Shown here: positions 21,157-30,309 of the stretch, piece after piece
Layout: every line of letters begins with the position of its first letter
How positions within the stretch are numbered: position 1 is the first letter of the stretch
Assembly: GCA_050248855.1 (NCBI GenBank)
Contig: JBFWRP010000019.1
Location: 21,611-85,610 of the forward strand
Length of the DNA stretch: 64,000 nt
Direction: 5' to 3'
Source: Planctomycetota bacterium
GTDB lineage: Bacteria > Planctomycetota > PLA2 > JAEUHO01
Program-made: the position numbers and the translations under genes
The notes under the pieces: generated by a model
The model's input: only the letters and a program-made list of their open reading frames with translations
Told to the model about the DNA's origin: nothing
Database searches by the model: none

Positions 21157-23226
21157 ATGCGCCACCACCTCGCTCGCCGGGCTGGCCCGGTCCTGCTCGC
21201 CGGGCTGATCGCGGTCGGCGCGGTCGCGTCCACGGCCCGTCCCGCGGCCGCCGACCTGGGCAACGAGGAGCTGCGCGCCGCCGTCGCGGCGGCTCGCGAT
21301 CGCGTCTACCCCGCGCTGGTCAACATCCTCGTGGTCGATCGAGTGTTCAGCCAGGGTCGCGAGCGTCGCACGCTCTCGGCCGGCAGCGGCGTCATCGTGA
21401 GCCCCGCCGGACACGTCATCACGAACTACCACGTCGCCGGCACCGCCCAGCGCATCACCTGCAAGCTGCCTACCGGCGAGCTCGTGGATGCCGACATCGT
21501 CTGCAAGGACCCGCAGACCGACCTCTGCATCCTCGCGCTGCGCATGGGCACGCGGGAAGACCCGAGCCTGCCGTTGCCCTTCGCCAGCATCGGCGACAGC
21601 GACCAGCTGGAAGTGGGGGACCACGTCCTCGCGCTCGGCAATCCCCAGAGCCTCTCGAGCTCGATCACGCTCGGCATCGTCAGCAACACCGAGCGCGTGT
21701 TCACCAGCTTCACGGGCGACCGCATCGAGGGCTTCCGCCTCGACGGCGAAGCCACGGGCATCTTCAACCGGTGGATCCAGCACGACGCACTGATCCTGCC
21801 CGGCAACAGCGGCGGCCCGCTGGCCAACATGAACGGCCAGGTGGTGGGCATCAACACGCGCGGCGGCGGGGGCGTGGGCTTCGCGATCCCCGCGTCGACG
21901 TGCCGCAAGGTGCTCAACCACGCGCTCACGTTCGGCGAGGTTCGCCGGGGCTGGTTCGCGGTGTCCATGCTGCCGGTCACGGGCCTCGGCCGCCGCACGG
22001 GGGCCCTCGTGTCCAACGTCCTGGCCGATGGCCCGGCCGCCAAGGCCGGCATCCAAGCCGGCGACGTGATCACGTCGATCGCCGGCGAGGCCGTTGCGGT
22101 GGAGGGCTTGGAGGACGTGCCGGTGATCCTCGCCCGCATCGCCGACCTCAAGCCCGGCACGCGCGTTCCCGTGACCTTGGAGCGCAACGGAACCTGCATG
22201 ACGCTGCAGGTGGACGTGGCTCGCATGCCGCCCTTCCAGGGGGAGGAGCGCGTCTTCCGCACGTGGGGCGTCAGCGCCATGGAGATCACGGGTCTCATGG
22301 CCCAGGCCCGCGGCTGGCCCGACACCCAGGGCGTGCTCCTGCGCACGCTACGCCCCGGCAACGCGCCGGACTCCGCCAAGCCGCCGCTGCAGTCGGGCGA
22401 CGTCATCCTCGAGATCGACGGGAAGCCCGTGAACGGCCTGGAAAGCTTCGACGAGCTGCAGAAGGCCAACGCCAAGAGCAAGGCGCTCGCCGTGCGCTTC
22501 CGTCGCGACCACGAGGACATGGTCACGGTGCTCGACATGAGCGAGCGTCCGCGCCGTCGCGGCAGCGCGGAGCTGTCCAAGGCGTGGCTGGGTGTGCGCA
22601 CGCAGGTGCTCACCTCGAAGGTGGCCACGGCCTTCGGCCTCGAGGGGCGCAAGGGCTTCCGCATCACGCGCGTCCTGCCCGCGACGGAAGCCGAGAAGGC
22701 GGGCCTCGAGCCCGGCGACATCCTGCTCGCGCTCGACGGTCGCGACCTGGAGGCCAGCGAGCTGCAGGACGCCCAGATCCTGCAGCGGCGCATCGAGGAC
22801 ATGGACATCGGCGCCAAGGCCACGTTCAAGCTGCTGCGCGACGGCAAGGAGATCGAGCTCGAGGTCGTGCTGGAGGAGACGCCCGGTACGGTGGCCGACG
22901 CCCGCTCTGCCGAGGACGAGGTGCTCGAGTACAAGGTCCGCGAGCTCACGTACCTCGACCGGGTGGACAAGGAGCTGCCCATGGACCTCGAGGCCCTCAT
23001 CGTGGCCGACGTCGAGGACGGTAGCTGGGCTGCCGTGGCCGGCTTGGAGGTGGGCGATGTCCTCCTCCAGCTGCAGGGTGAGGCGGTCCCGACCATCGCG
23101 ACGTTCAAGGAGGCGGTGAAGCGCCTTCATGAGACCCGCCCCGAACGCGTGACGTTCTTCGTGCGGCGCGGCCGTGACACCACCTTCGTCTTCGCCCGGC
23201 CGGACTGGCCGGACGCGGGCGAGTGA
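21157..23226 (+). CDS. HtrA-family serine protease with four PDZ domains
   Basis: Signal peptide, TNYHV / TDLC / PGNSGGPL catalytic triad, and four 'G(L/I)x.GDV' PDZ repeats. Confidence 0.9.
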   Translation: MRHHLARRAGPVLLAGLIAVGAVASTARPAAADLGNEELRAAVAAARDRVYPALVNILVVDRVFSQGRERRTLSAGSGVIVSPAGHVITNYHVAGTAQRITCKLPTGELVDADIVCKDPQTDLCILALRMGTREDPSLPLPFASIGDSDQLEVGDHVLALGNPQSLSSSITLGIVSNTERVFTSFTGDRIEGFRLDGEATGIFNRWIQHDALILPGNSGGPLANMNGQVVGINTRGGGGVGFAIPASTCRKVLNHALTFGEVRRGWFAVSMLPVTGLGRRTGALVSNVLADGPAAKAGIQAGDVITSIAGEAVAVEGLEDVPVILARIADLKPGTRVPVTLERNGTCMTLQVDVARMPPFQGEERVFRTWGVSAMEITGLMAQARGWPDTQGVLLRTLRPGNAPDSAKPPLQSGDVILEIDGKPVNGLESFDELQKANAKSKALAVRFRRDHEDMVTVLDMSERPRRRGSAELSKAWLGVRTQVLTSKVATAFGLEGRKGFRITRVLPATEAEKAGLEPGDILLALDGRDLEASELQDAQILQRRIEDMDIGAKATFKLLRDGKEIELEVVLEETPGTVADARSAEDEVLEYKVRELTYLDRVDKELPMDLEALIVADVEDGSWAAVAGLEVGDVLLQLQGEAVPTIATFKEAVKRLHETRPERVTFFVRRGRDTTFVFARPDWPDAGE

Positions 23227-23240
23227 AGGAGACTGGAACC

Positions 23241-24137
23241 ATGAGAGCTTCCCTGGCTTGCTTGCTCGCCCTCGTGGCGTGCTTCGCGGGTGCGCCCGTC
23301 GCTCGGGCCGAAGACCCGGCCCCCACGCAGCAACAGACCCTGATCGCATCCCGCGTGGACAGCGTGGTCTCCGTCAAGATGACGTTGCAGGTCTCGTTCA
23401 CCATGGGCGGGGCGCTGCGGGAGAACGAGTCCAACCAGACGACCACCGGCATCGTCGTGGACAGCCGCGGCCTGATCATGCTGCCCGCCGAGCTGTTCTC
23501 GCCCAACCTCGACGCGCGCTTCCGTTCGATGCTGTCCGACTTGAAGATCACGCCGTCGAGCATTCGCGTGGTCTTCCCGGGCGACCCCAAGGAGTACCCG
23601 GCGATCCTCGGCGCCAAGGACAGCAAGCTGGGCCTGGCGTTCGTCCTGATTCGCGACCTCGAGGGGCGCGCGGCCAAACCGCTCGACCTGTCCAGGCGCG
23701 CCACGCCGCGCGTGGGCGACACGATCTACGGCGTGACGCGACTGGGTCAGGACTTCGACCACGCCCCGCTCTGCAGCGCGGCGACGGTGGTCTCCGAGAT
23801 CACGCGCCCGCGGGCCTGTTGGGCGCTGGATGACGCGGGTCGCTACATCGCCGAGCCGATGTACACGCTGGATGGAGCGGTCACGGGCGTGGTCGTACGC
23901 CAAGAGGGCGTCGGCGAGGACGCGGACACGCAGAACTGCCTGCTGCCCCTGGACATCGTGGAGAGCACGATCGGCCGGTCGATGAAAGCCGCCGAGCGCG
24001 CGCTGGAGGACGTCTTGGCCGCGGAGGCCGAAGCCGCCGCGGCGGGCGAGACGCCCGGGGAGCCGAAGGAGCCCGCGACGCCGGAGCAGCCGGAGCAGCC
24101 GGAGGAGCCGGAGGGCGAGGGCGACGAGATCAAGTGA
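23241..24137 (+). CDS. Exported trypsin-fold protein lacking the catalytic triad
   Basis: Aligns with the HtrA fold (TTGIVVDSRGLI, KLGLAFV, VGDTIYGV, PMYTLDGAVTGV) but has no His/Asp/Ser motifs. Acidic PEQ tail. Confidence 0.65.
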   Translation: MRASLACLLALVACFAGAPVARAEDPAPTQQQTLIASRVDSVVSVKMTLQVSFTMGGALRENESNQTTTGIVVDSRGLIMLPAELFSPNLDARFRSMLSDLKITPSSIRVVFPGDPKEYPAILGAKDSKLGLAFVLIRDLEGRAAKPLDLSRRATPRVGDTIYGVTRLGQDFDHAPLCSAATVVSEITRPRACWALDDAGRYIAEPMYTLDGAVTGVVVRQEGVGEDADTQNCLLPLDIVESTIGRSMKAAERALEDVLAAEAEAAAAGETPGEPKEPATPEQPEQPEEPEGEGDEIK

Positions 24138-24898
24138 GGTCGCTGCGCGGCTTGCGACGGGCGCTCGTGCTGGGCCTGCTGCTGGCAGGCGTGGGTGCCG
24201 CGTGGGCCGAGGACGCTCCCGAGGTCCTGCCGGCCCCGCAGCTGCTCGAGCGGCTGCAGGAGGCGCGTCGCGCCGGCGACATCCGCGCGATCGAAGCCTT
24301 GGTCCGGGCCTCGTCCGAGGCCCACAACCGCTGCCGCAGCGCCAGCACGCGCGTGCGCCTGCGGGGCGCCCTCGGCGAGCTGGCCCGCGACGAGTCTGCC
24401 GGGGGCAACCGCCTGTACGCCATCGACGCCCTGGGCCGCTTGGACGACTCGCAGGGGGCCTGGCGCGAGCTTCGGCGCAGCGTGCCCGATCCCGCGGCCG
24501 CGACCGTCGATCCTGCCGGTCGTCGCGTGCTCCGCGCCCTCGGTCTGCTGACCTACGACCCCAGCCTGGCGGACCTCGAGCGCATGGCCCGCGAGGGCCG
24601 TGACCCGGAGGCCGTGTCGTTGGCCGTGGAAGCCCTCGGTCGGTTCCGCTTCAGCCGCAACCGCGCGCACGTGCTCGAGACGCTCTACGTCGTCGGGCGC
24701 GATTCCGAGACGTCGCCGAGCCGCGGCACGGCGCGTGAGGACGAGGCGCGACAGCAGTGGCGACGCGTCGTGGGCGACATCGTTCGCGCGATGGACGCCC
24801 TCACGGGCCGCGGCATCGGAAGCCTCGATCGCTACGAAGCGCTGCTGCGTGAGAACGACGGACGCTGGGAGCGGCTCTTCGCCGAGGACGACCGCTGA
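24134..24898 (+). CDS. Exported HEAT-repeat-like protein
   Basis: Signal peptide and repeated AIDALGRL / LRALGLL / AVEALGRF helices. Overlaps both neighbours. Confidence 0.65.
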   Translation: MRSLRGLRRALVLGLLLAGVGAAWAEDAPEVLPAPQLLERLQEARRAGDIRAIEALVRASSEAHNRCRSASTRVRLRGALGELARDESAGGNRLYAIDALGRLDDSQGAWRELRRSVPDPAAATVDPAGRRVLRALGLLTYDPSLADLERMAREGRDPEAVSLAVEALGRFRFSRNRAHVLETLYVVGRDSETSPSRGTAREDEARQQWRRVVGDIVRAMDALTGRGIGSLDRYEALLRENDGRWERLFAEDDR

Positions 24899-26604
24899 TG
24901 CGGGGCGGGCACACGCACACCGTCGGCCGTGGTCGTCTCGACCCGGTCCGGGACGCAGCCGTGCGGCGTGTGCTGCTCGCCGAGGGGGCGATGAACCTCC
25001 TCGTGCTGCTGGCCAAGCTCTTCGCGGGCTTCCTCACGGGCTCCTTGGCGCTCTTCTCCGATGCGCTGCACAGCCTCACGGACCTGGGCAACAACGTCAT
25101 CGCCTTCCTCGTGATGCGTCACGCGGGCAGGCCGCCCGACCACAACCATCCGTACGGCCACCGCAAGTTCGAGACGCTGGCGGTGTTCACCCTGGCCATG
25201 CTGCTGGTGGTGCTGGCCGTCGAGCTCATCCTGCGGGCGCTGGTAGGGGAGCGGACCCCGTCCGTCTCGAGCGCCTTGGCGCTGGGGGTCGTCGCGGGCG
25301 GCGTGTTGGTCAACCTGCTGGTGAGCCTCTGGGAGCGCCGCAAGGCGCGCCAGCTGCGCAGCGACATCCTGCATGCCGACGCGGCGCACACGCTGGCGGA
25401 CGTTGTCACGACCGTCGTGGTCGTCGTGGGGTGGCAGCTGGGCGCCGCCGGCCACGCCTGGGCCGAGACGATCGCCACCCTGGGCGTGGCCGCGTTCGTC
25501 CTGCTGCTCTCGTTCGGGCTCTTCCGGCGCGCCGTCCCCATCCTGGTGGACGAGGGGGCCGTCGACCCGGAGGAGCTGCGGGCGACGTTGGGGGAGGTCG
25601 CGGGCGTCCGGGAGGTCCGTCGCGTCCGCTCCCGCCGGCTGGGCGACCGGGCCTTCGCCGACGTGGTCGTGGCCGTGGACGACCACCTGTCCACGGAGGA
25701 CGGCCACGACATCGCCGACCGCGTGGAAGCCGTGCTGGCGGAGGTGTTCCACATCCGCGACGTCACGGTTCACCTGGAGCCGGTAGGATCGACGGCATCC
25801 GGCGGAGGTTCCCCCGTGCGTCGTCTCCCCCTCGTCCTCGCCCCGCTCCTGCTCCTCCTGCCCTCGTGCGGCGGGGGCGGCAGCTCCGCGGGCGGTCCCC
25901 CGGCCCCCCCGGCCAATGCCCAGCAGGTCGTGCAGGACATCGTCACGGGCTGCGTCGCGTCCAGCCTCGACCAGGTCTTGGCGCTGCGCACCGTGCTGGA
26001 AGCCGCCGCCGCCGGTGGTCAGACGCCGGACTTCCGTACCACCGGCGTGAGCCTGGCCAACCCGTCCCAGCCGGCCGTGACCTGGGCGGGTGACCTCGAC
26101 GGCGACATGATCGACGACGTCACGGGCACGTCGCGCCTGGGCGGGCTCACCCTGCTCCAGATGGCGGCGTTGGTGGCCCAGCTCTCGGCGCCCGGGGCCG
26201 ACCTCCAAGCCGTCCTCGCGGCCCTGCCCACCGGGACCACCGTGGACTCGGACTTCGTGGCGACGCAGTCCGGTCTCCAGGCCGCGGGCGACGTGCTGAT
26301 CGTGCTTGCCAACCCGACGGGCGCGCAGCCGCTTCCCGACACCACGACGGGCAGCATCGTCACGGACGATGGCATGTGCGAAGTCACGTGGTCGTGGACG
26401 CAGCTGACCGTGGCGGCGCTGTTCCAGGGGCCCTACCCCGTGGCCGACCTCGACGTGGCGATCGCCGCGCCGACGGGCAACGTCACGGGCGTCCTGCACA
26501 TGGACGGCACGTCCACGGCGCTGCTGGAGACCCGCCTGCTGCCCAGCGGCTTCGAGAGCGACTTCTCGCTCGACCTCGACACGGGGGTCCTGACCCCACT
26601 CTGA
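24898..26604 (+). CDS. Cation diffusion facilitator (CDF) transporter, reading in frame into a lipoprotein-like domain
   Basis: SLALFSDALHSLTD, HPYGHRKFE, DAAHTLADV and VTVHLEP motifs. No stop before 26604. Confidence 0.8.
   Translation: MRGGHTHTVGRGRLDPVRDAAVRRVLLAEGAMNLLVLLAKLFAGFLTGSLALFSDALHSLTDLGNNVIAFLVMRHAGRPPDHNHPYGHRKFETLAVFTLAMLLVVLAVELILRALVGERTPSVSSALALGVVAGGVLVNLLVSLWERRKARQLRSDILHADAAHTLADVVTTVVVVVGWQLGAAGHAWAETIATLGVAAFVLLLSFGLFRRAVPILVDEGAVDPEELRATLGEVAGVREVRRVRSRRLGDRAFADVVVAVDDHLSTEDGHDIADRVEAVLAEVFHIRDVTVHLEPVGSTASGGGSPVRRLPLVLAPLLLLLPSCGGGGSSAGGPPAPPANAQQVVQDIVTGCVASSLDQVLALRTVLEAAAAGGQTPDFRTTGVSLANPSQPAVTWAGDLDGDMIDDVTGTSRLGGLTLLQMAALVAQLSAPGADLQAVLAALPTGTTVDSDFVATQSGLQAAGDVLIVLANPTGAQPLPDTTTGSIVTDDGMCEVTWSWTQLTVAALFQGPYPVADLDVAIAAPTGNVTGVLHMDGTSTALLETRLLPSGFESDFSLDLDTGVLTPL
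25816..26604 (+). CDS. Probable separately initiated lipoprotein, in frame with the CDF gene
   Basis: GGAGGT RBS at 25804-25809, then GTG, then RRLPLVLAPLLLLLPS-CGGGG signal peptide/lipobox. Confidence 0.6.
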   Translation: MRRLPLVLAPLLLLLPSCGGGGSSAGGPPAPPANAQQVVQDIVTGCVASSLDQVLALRTVLEAAAAGGQTPDFRTTGVSLANPSQPAVTWAGDLDGDMIDDVTGTSRLGGLTLLQMAALVAQLSAPGADLQAVLAALPTGTTVDSDFVATQSGLQAAGDVLIVLANPTGAQPLPDTTTGSIVTDDGMCEVTWSWTQLTVAALFQGPYPVADLDVAIAAPTGNVTGVLHMDGTSTALLETRLLPSGFESDFSLDLDTGVLTPL

Positions 26605-26607
26605 CGA

Positions 26608-28119
26608 TCACGTGGTGGCGAGGCGGGCCAAGCTCGTCTCGCGGCCGAGGATCTCGAGCGATTCGAAGAGCGGCGGGCTCACCTTGCTGCCGGTGGTGGC
26701 CACCCGGACGGCCTGGAACAGCTCGCGCGGCTTCCAGCCGCTCTCGTCCACGACGGTGCGCAGCGTGGCCTCGATGCCAGCCAGCTCCCACGCGGGCAGG
26801 GCCGCCAGGTGCTGGCGGGCCAGCGACAGCACGTCGTGGGTGGCGCCGGCATCGCGGCCCTTGGGCACGAGGTCTTCGGCCGACCAGTCCGTCTTGGTGC
26901 CGAGGAAGAAGCACCGCGCGAGCGAGGACCACTCGTCGAGCGTCTTGATGCGCTCTTGCGTGATGGGCACGGCCCGGCGCACGAGGTCGCGCAGCGCCTT
27001 GCCCTCGAGCCCCCCCTGGTCGCCGGCCCAGGCGTGCAGCGCGTCGTCGTGGCCAGGTCGCACGGGCGCCTCACGGGCCGCGCGGTACGCCACGTGGTCG
27101 ACGATGCGAGCGGCGAGATCGTCGGCCGCCAGGCGGCGGATGTGTTCGCCATTGAGCCACGTCAGCTTCTCCAGGTCGAAGACGGGGCCGGACGTGGAGA
27201 TGCGCGAGGCGTCGTACGTGGCCTCGAGCTCGGCCCGCGTGAAGACCTCACGGCCGTCGGGCAGGCTGTAGCCCATCAGCGCGAGGAAGTTGATCATCGC
27301 CTCCGGCAGGAAACCGTTCTCCTTGTACCAGATGAGCGATGTCGGGTTCTTGCGCTTGCTGATCTTGGAGCGGTCGCTGTTGCGCAAGAGCGGCATGTGG
27401 CGGAAGCGCGGTGCCTCCCAGCCAAAGGCCTCGTAGAGCAGCACGTGCTTGGGCGTGCTCGTGATCCACTCCTCCGCACGGATCACCTCCGTCACCTCCA
27501 TCAGGTGGTCGTCGACCACGTTGGCGAGGTGGTAGGTGGGGAAGCCGTCGGACTTCAGCAGGACCTGGTCGTCGATCGTGCGGCCCTCGATCTCGATGGG
27601 GCCGCGCAGCTCGTCGTGGAAGCGGATGGTGCGATCCTTGGGGACCTTCAGGCGCACGGTGAAGGGGAGGCCGTCGTCGAGGTTCTTGGCGATGTCCTCG
27701 GGGAGCAGGCTGCGGCACAGGCCGTCGTAGCCCGGCGGCGCCTTGCGGGCGCGTTGCTGATGGCGCATCTCCGTCAGGCGCTCCTCGGAGCAGAAGCAGC
27801 GGTAGGCCGTTCCATTTTCGAGCAGCTTCTGGACGTGGTCCCGGTAGATGGCCGTGCGCTCGCTCTGGCGGTAGGGACCGTTGGGGCCGCCCACGTCGGG
27901 TCCCTCGTCGTAGCCTAGGCCCAGCCAGTGCAGGGCCTCGATGATCTGCGCCTCCGATGTGGCGTCGTAACGCGTCTGGTCGGTGTCCTCGATGCGCAGG
28001 ATGAAGCGCCCGCCCGTCGAACGGGCGGCCAGGAGGTCGAACAGCGCGATGTAGGCCGTCCCGACGTGGGGATCCCCCGTCGGGCTGGGCGCGACGCGGG
28101 TGACGGCGGGCGTGGTCAT
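26608..28119 (-). CDS. gltX: Glutamate--tRNA ligase
   Basis: RVAPSPTGDPHVGT (HIGH), LRIEDTD, GPYRQSER, PTYHLANVVDDH and KISKR (KMSKS), plus anticodon-binding domain ending VSPPLFE. Confidence 0.96.
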   Translation of the reverse strand: MTTPAVTRVAPSPTGDPHVGTAYIALFDLLAARSTGGRFILRIEDTDQTRYDATSEAQIIEALHWLGLGYDEGPDVGGPNGPYRQSERTAIYRDHVQKLLENGTAYRCFCSEERLTEMRHQQRARKAPPGYDGLCRSLLPEDIAKNLDDGLPFTVRLKVPKDRTIRFHDELRGPIEIEGRTIDDQVLLKSDGFPTYHLANVVDDHLMEVTEVIRAEEWITSTPKHVLLYEAFGWEAPRFRHMPLLRNSDRSKISKRKNPTSLIWYKENGFLPEAMINFLALMGYSLPDGREVFTRAELEATYDASRISTSGPVFDLEKLTWLNGEHIRRLAADDLAARIVDHVAYRAAREAPVRPGHDDALHAWAGDQGGLEGKALRDLVRRAVPITQERIKTLDEWSSLARCFFLGTKTDWSAEDLVPKGRDAGATHDVLSLARQHLAALPAWELAGIEATLRTVVDESGWKPRELFQAVRVATTGSKVSPPLFESLEILGRETSLARLATT

Positions 28120-28159
28120 GGCAGGCTCCGGACGAAGGGGCGCGCCATGCTACGTTCCG

Positions 28160-28975
28160 ATGGCGATGGACCACGACGTCGGCCTCGAGGCCCTGGACGA
28201 CAGCCCGCCTCCGGTGGAGGGCGGCGTCATCGCCGGCCGCGCCCAGGACTTCGAGGGCTTGCCGCTGGTCGGTGTACGCGTGGAGGCCGCGGCGTCGGGC
28301 GACGAGAGCAGCCTCGATGCCCTGCCCGTGCTCACCGATGGCGAGGGGGCGTTCCGTTTGGAGGGCCTCGTCGCCCACGCCTACGACCTGCGCTTCGCCA
28401 TGGGCACCGTCAAGGCGCGCGTGCTCGGCGTGCCCATCGGCAAGGAAGACCTGGCCGTCCGGTTGGCGCGCCCCCAGGGCTTCGTCGTGGACGCGCGCGT
28501 GCGACCGGGCGATACGCCGCCCGAGGTCCTGCACCTCCAGCTGGAGCGCCGAGGGAAGGACGGCTGGGTGCGCGAACACGTCGGGCGTTCGCTGCGCAAG
28601 CGCCTGCTGCTGTGGAACCTCCGGCCCGGCACCTACCGCCTGTTCGCATGGGCCCCGCCCTGGCGCCCCGTGCTGGTGGAGGGCATCGACGTCAAGGACC
28701 TCGAGGCCGCGCGCGACGTGGTCCTGGACCTGGCCGCGCGCGGGGAGCGGCTGGCGGGCACGCTGCTCGGCCCGGACGGCCAGCCTGCCTCCGGCGAGCT
28801 CACCTGGCGCCGCGACGACGGCGGCGTTGACCTGCCGCTGCCGTTTCGCAGCGTCTCCGTGGGGGACGACGGACGCTGGCGTGTGGAGGGGCTGATGCCC
28901 GGGCGGTACGTGGTCTCCGCCGTCACCGACGGAGGCCACGTACACGTCGAGGCCATGTCCACTACGGCGTCGTGA
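28160..28975 (+). CDS. Carboxypeptidase-regulatory-like (beta-sandwich) repeat protein
   Basis: Repeated TD.EG.FRLEGL...Y and DDGRWRVEGL.PGRY motifs. Confidence 0.7.
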   Translation: MAMDHDVGLEALDDSPPPVEGGVIAGRAQDFEGLPLVGVRVEAAASGDESSLDALPVLTDGEGAFRLEGLVAHAYDLRFAMGTVKARVLGVPIGKEDLAVRLARPQGFVVDARVRPGDTPPEVLHLQLERRGKDGWVREHVGRSLRKRLLLWNLRPGTYRLFAWAPPWRPVLVEGIDVKDLEAARDVVLDLAARGERLAGTLLGPDGQPASGELTWRRDDGGVDLPLPFRSVSVGDDGRWRVEGLMPGRYVVSAVTDGGHVHVEAMSTTAS

Positions 28976-30308
28976 TCCTCAGCACCACGCCCGTCGTGCC
29001 GGCCGGAGCCGTCGAGTCGGCCCCGAGTGCGTAGAGCTCACCCGCCTCGTCCTTGCCGATTCCCAGCAGCACGCGACCGAAGCCGAGCGGGGCGCCGTCG
29101 ATCTGCATGACGAGCCGCGTCCAGGCGAAGGCGCCCGTCGTGGGGGCGTGGAACAGCTGCCCGCTGGCGCCGAAGTCCTTGCTGAAGTCGCCGAACACGT
29201 ACTGGCCCGCCAGACCGGGGACGGCACTGCCGCGGTAGACGTGACCGCCCACCACGGCGAGGCCCACACCGTGGTCGTACACGAGCACGGGATCGAGCAG
29301 CGGCTCGCCTCCCGCGCCCGTCGTGGCGCAGCTCGCCGGCGGCACGCTCGGTGCCAGGGGATCGAAGCACGAGAAGCCCTCGCGCGTCACCCAGCCGTAG
29401 TTGCCACCCTTGACGACGACGTCGATCTCCTCGAACTCCGCTTGGCCTACGTCGCCGACCACCAGGGCGCCCGTGCCACCGGGCCCGTCGTCGAACGAGA
29501 ACCGGTACGGGTTGCGGAAGCCGAACGCGTAGATCTCGTCCCGCCCGGGCAGGCCGACGAACGGGTTGTCGGGAGGGATCGCGTAGGCCAGCCCCGGCGC
29601 CGGTGCCGCGTCGACGTCCAAGCGCAGCATCGAGCCCAGGAGCGTGGACGTGTCCTGACCGTTCCCCAGGGCACCGTGCGACGGCGGGTTGTCGGCGAGG
29701 CCGTCATGGGCACCGCCTCCGTCGCCGAGGCCCACGTACAGGTAGCCATCGGGCCCGAACGCGACGTGGCCGCCGTCGTGGTTGAACTGCGGCTCGTCCA
29801 CCACGAGCAACACGACCTCGCTGGCGGCGTCGGCAACGTTGTTCGTCGTGGGGTCCCCCGCGACGTGGAACTCCGAGAGCACCTCGCTGTGGCAGCCCCG
29901 CGACGTGCCGAAGCACGGCTCGCCGCTGACCCCCGGCCGCGGCGCGCTGTAGCGGACGAAGAAGCGCCCGTTGGTGGCGAACTGGGGATGGAACGCGAGC
30001 CCCAGGAGCCCGCGCTCGTCGTAGCTCGCGCCCAGGGGCGTGATCGCCGCCGAGAGGTCGAGGAAGGGCGCGGGCAGCAGGGTGCCGCCCGCGTCGATGA
30101 TGCGGATGCGCCCGACCTGCTCCACGACAAAGCGACGACCGGACGTATCGCCAGCGTGGGTGAGCAGGACGGGCGCGGAAAGACCCGTGGCCACGGGCTC
30201 CAGGGCCACGGTGACGGGGGTAGGAGGGACGGGTGCGGGCCCGCCGCCTCCTCCCCCACCACACGCGGCGAGGAAGCCTGCCAAGAACGCGAGCGCTTGG
30301 CGGCGCAT
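28962..30308 (-). CDS. PQQ-dependent glucose/sorbosone dehydrogenase-family lipoprotein
   Basis: Lipobox LAAC, ERGLLGLAFHP, NHDGG..FGPDGYLY and GFRNPYRFSFD motifs. Confidence 0.92.
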   Translation of the reverse strand: MRRQALAFLAGFLAACGGGGGGGPAPVPPTPVTVALEPVATGLSAPVLLTHAGDTSGRRFVVEQVGRIRIIDAGGTLLPAPFLDLSAAITPLGASYDERGLLGLAFHPQFATNGRFFVRYSAPRPGVSGEPCFGTSRGCHSEVLSEFHVAGDPTTNNVADAASEVVLLVVDEPQFNHDGGHVAFGPDGYLYVGLGDGGGAHDGLADNPPSHGALGNGQDTSTLLGSMLRLDVDAAPAPGLAYAIPPDNPFVGLPGRDEIYAFGFRNPYRFSFDDGPGGTGALVVGDVGQAEFEEIDVVVKGGNYGWVTREGFSCFDPLAPSVPPASCATTGAGGEPLLDPVLVYDHGVGLAVVGGHVYRGSAVPGLAGQYVFGDFSKDFGASGQLFHAPTTGAFAWTRLVMQIDGAPLGFGRVLLGIGKDEAGELYALGADSTAPAGTTGVVLRITTP

Positions 30309-30309
30309 G

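Noticed and set aside
24081..24116. 9-bp tandem repeat CCGGAG(C/G)AG
   Set aside because: It encodes an ordinary PEQ/PEE linker.
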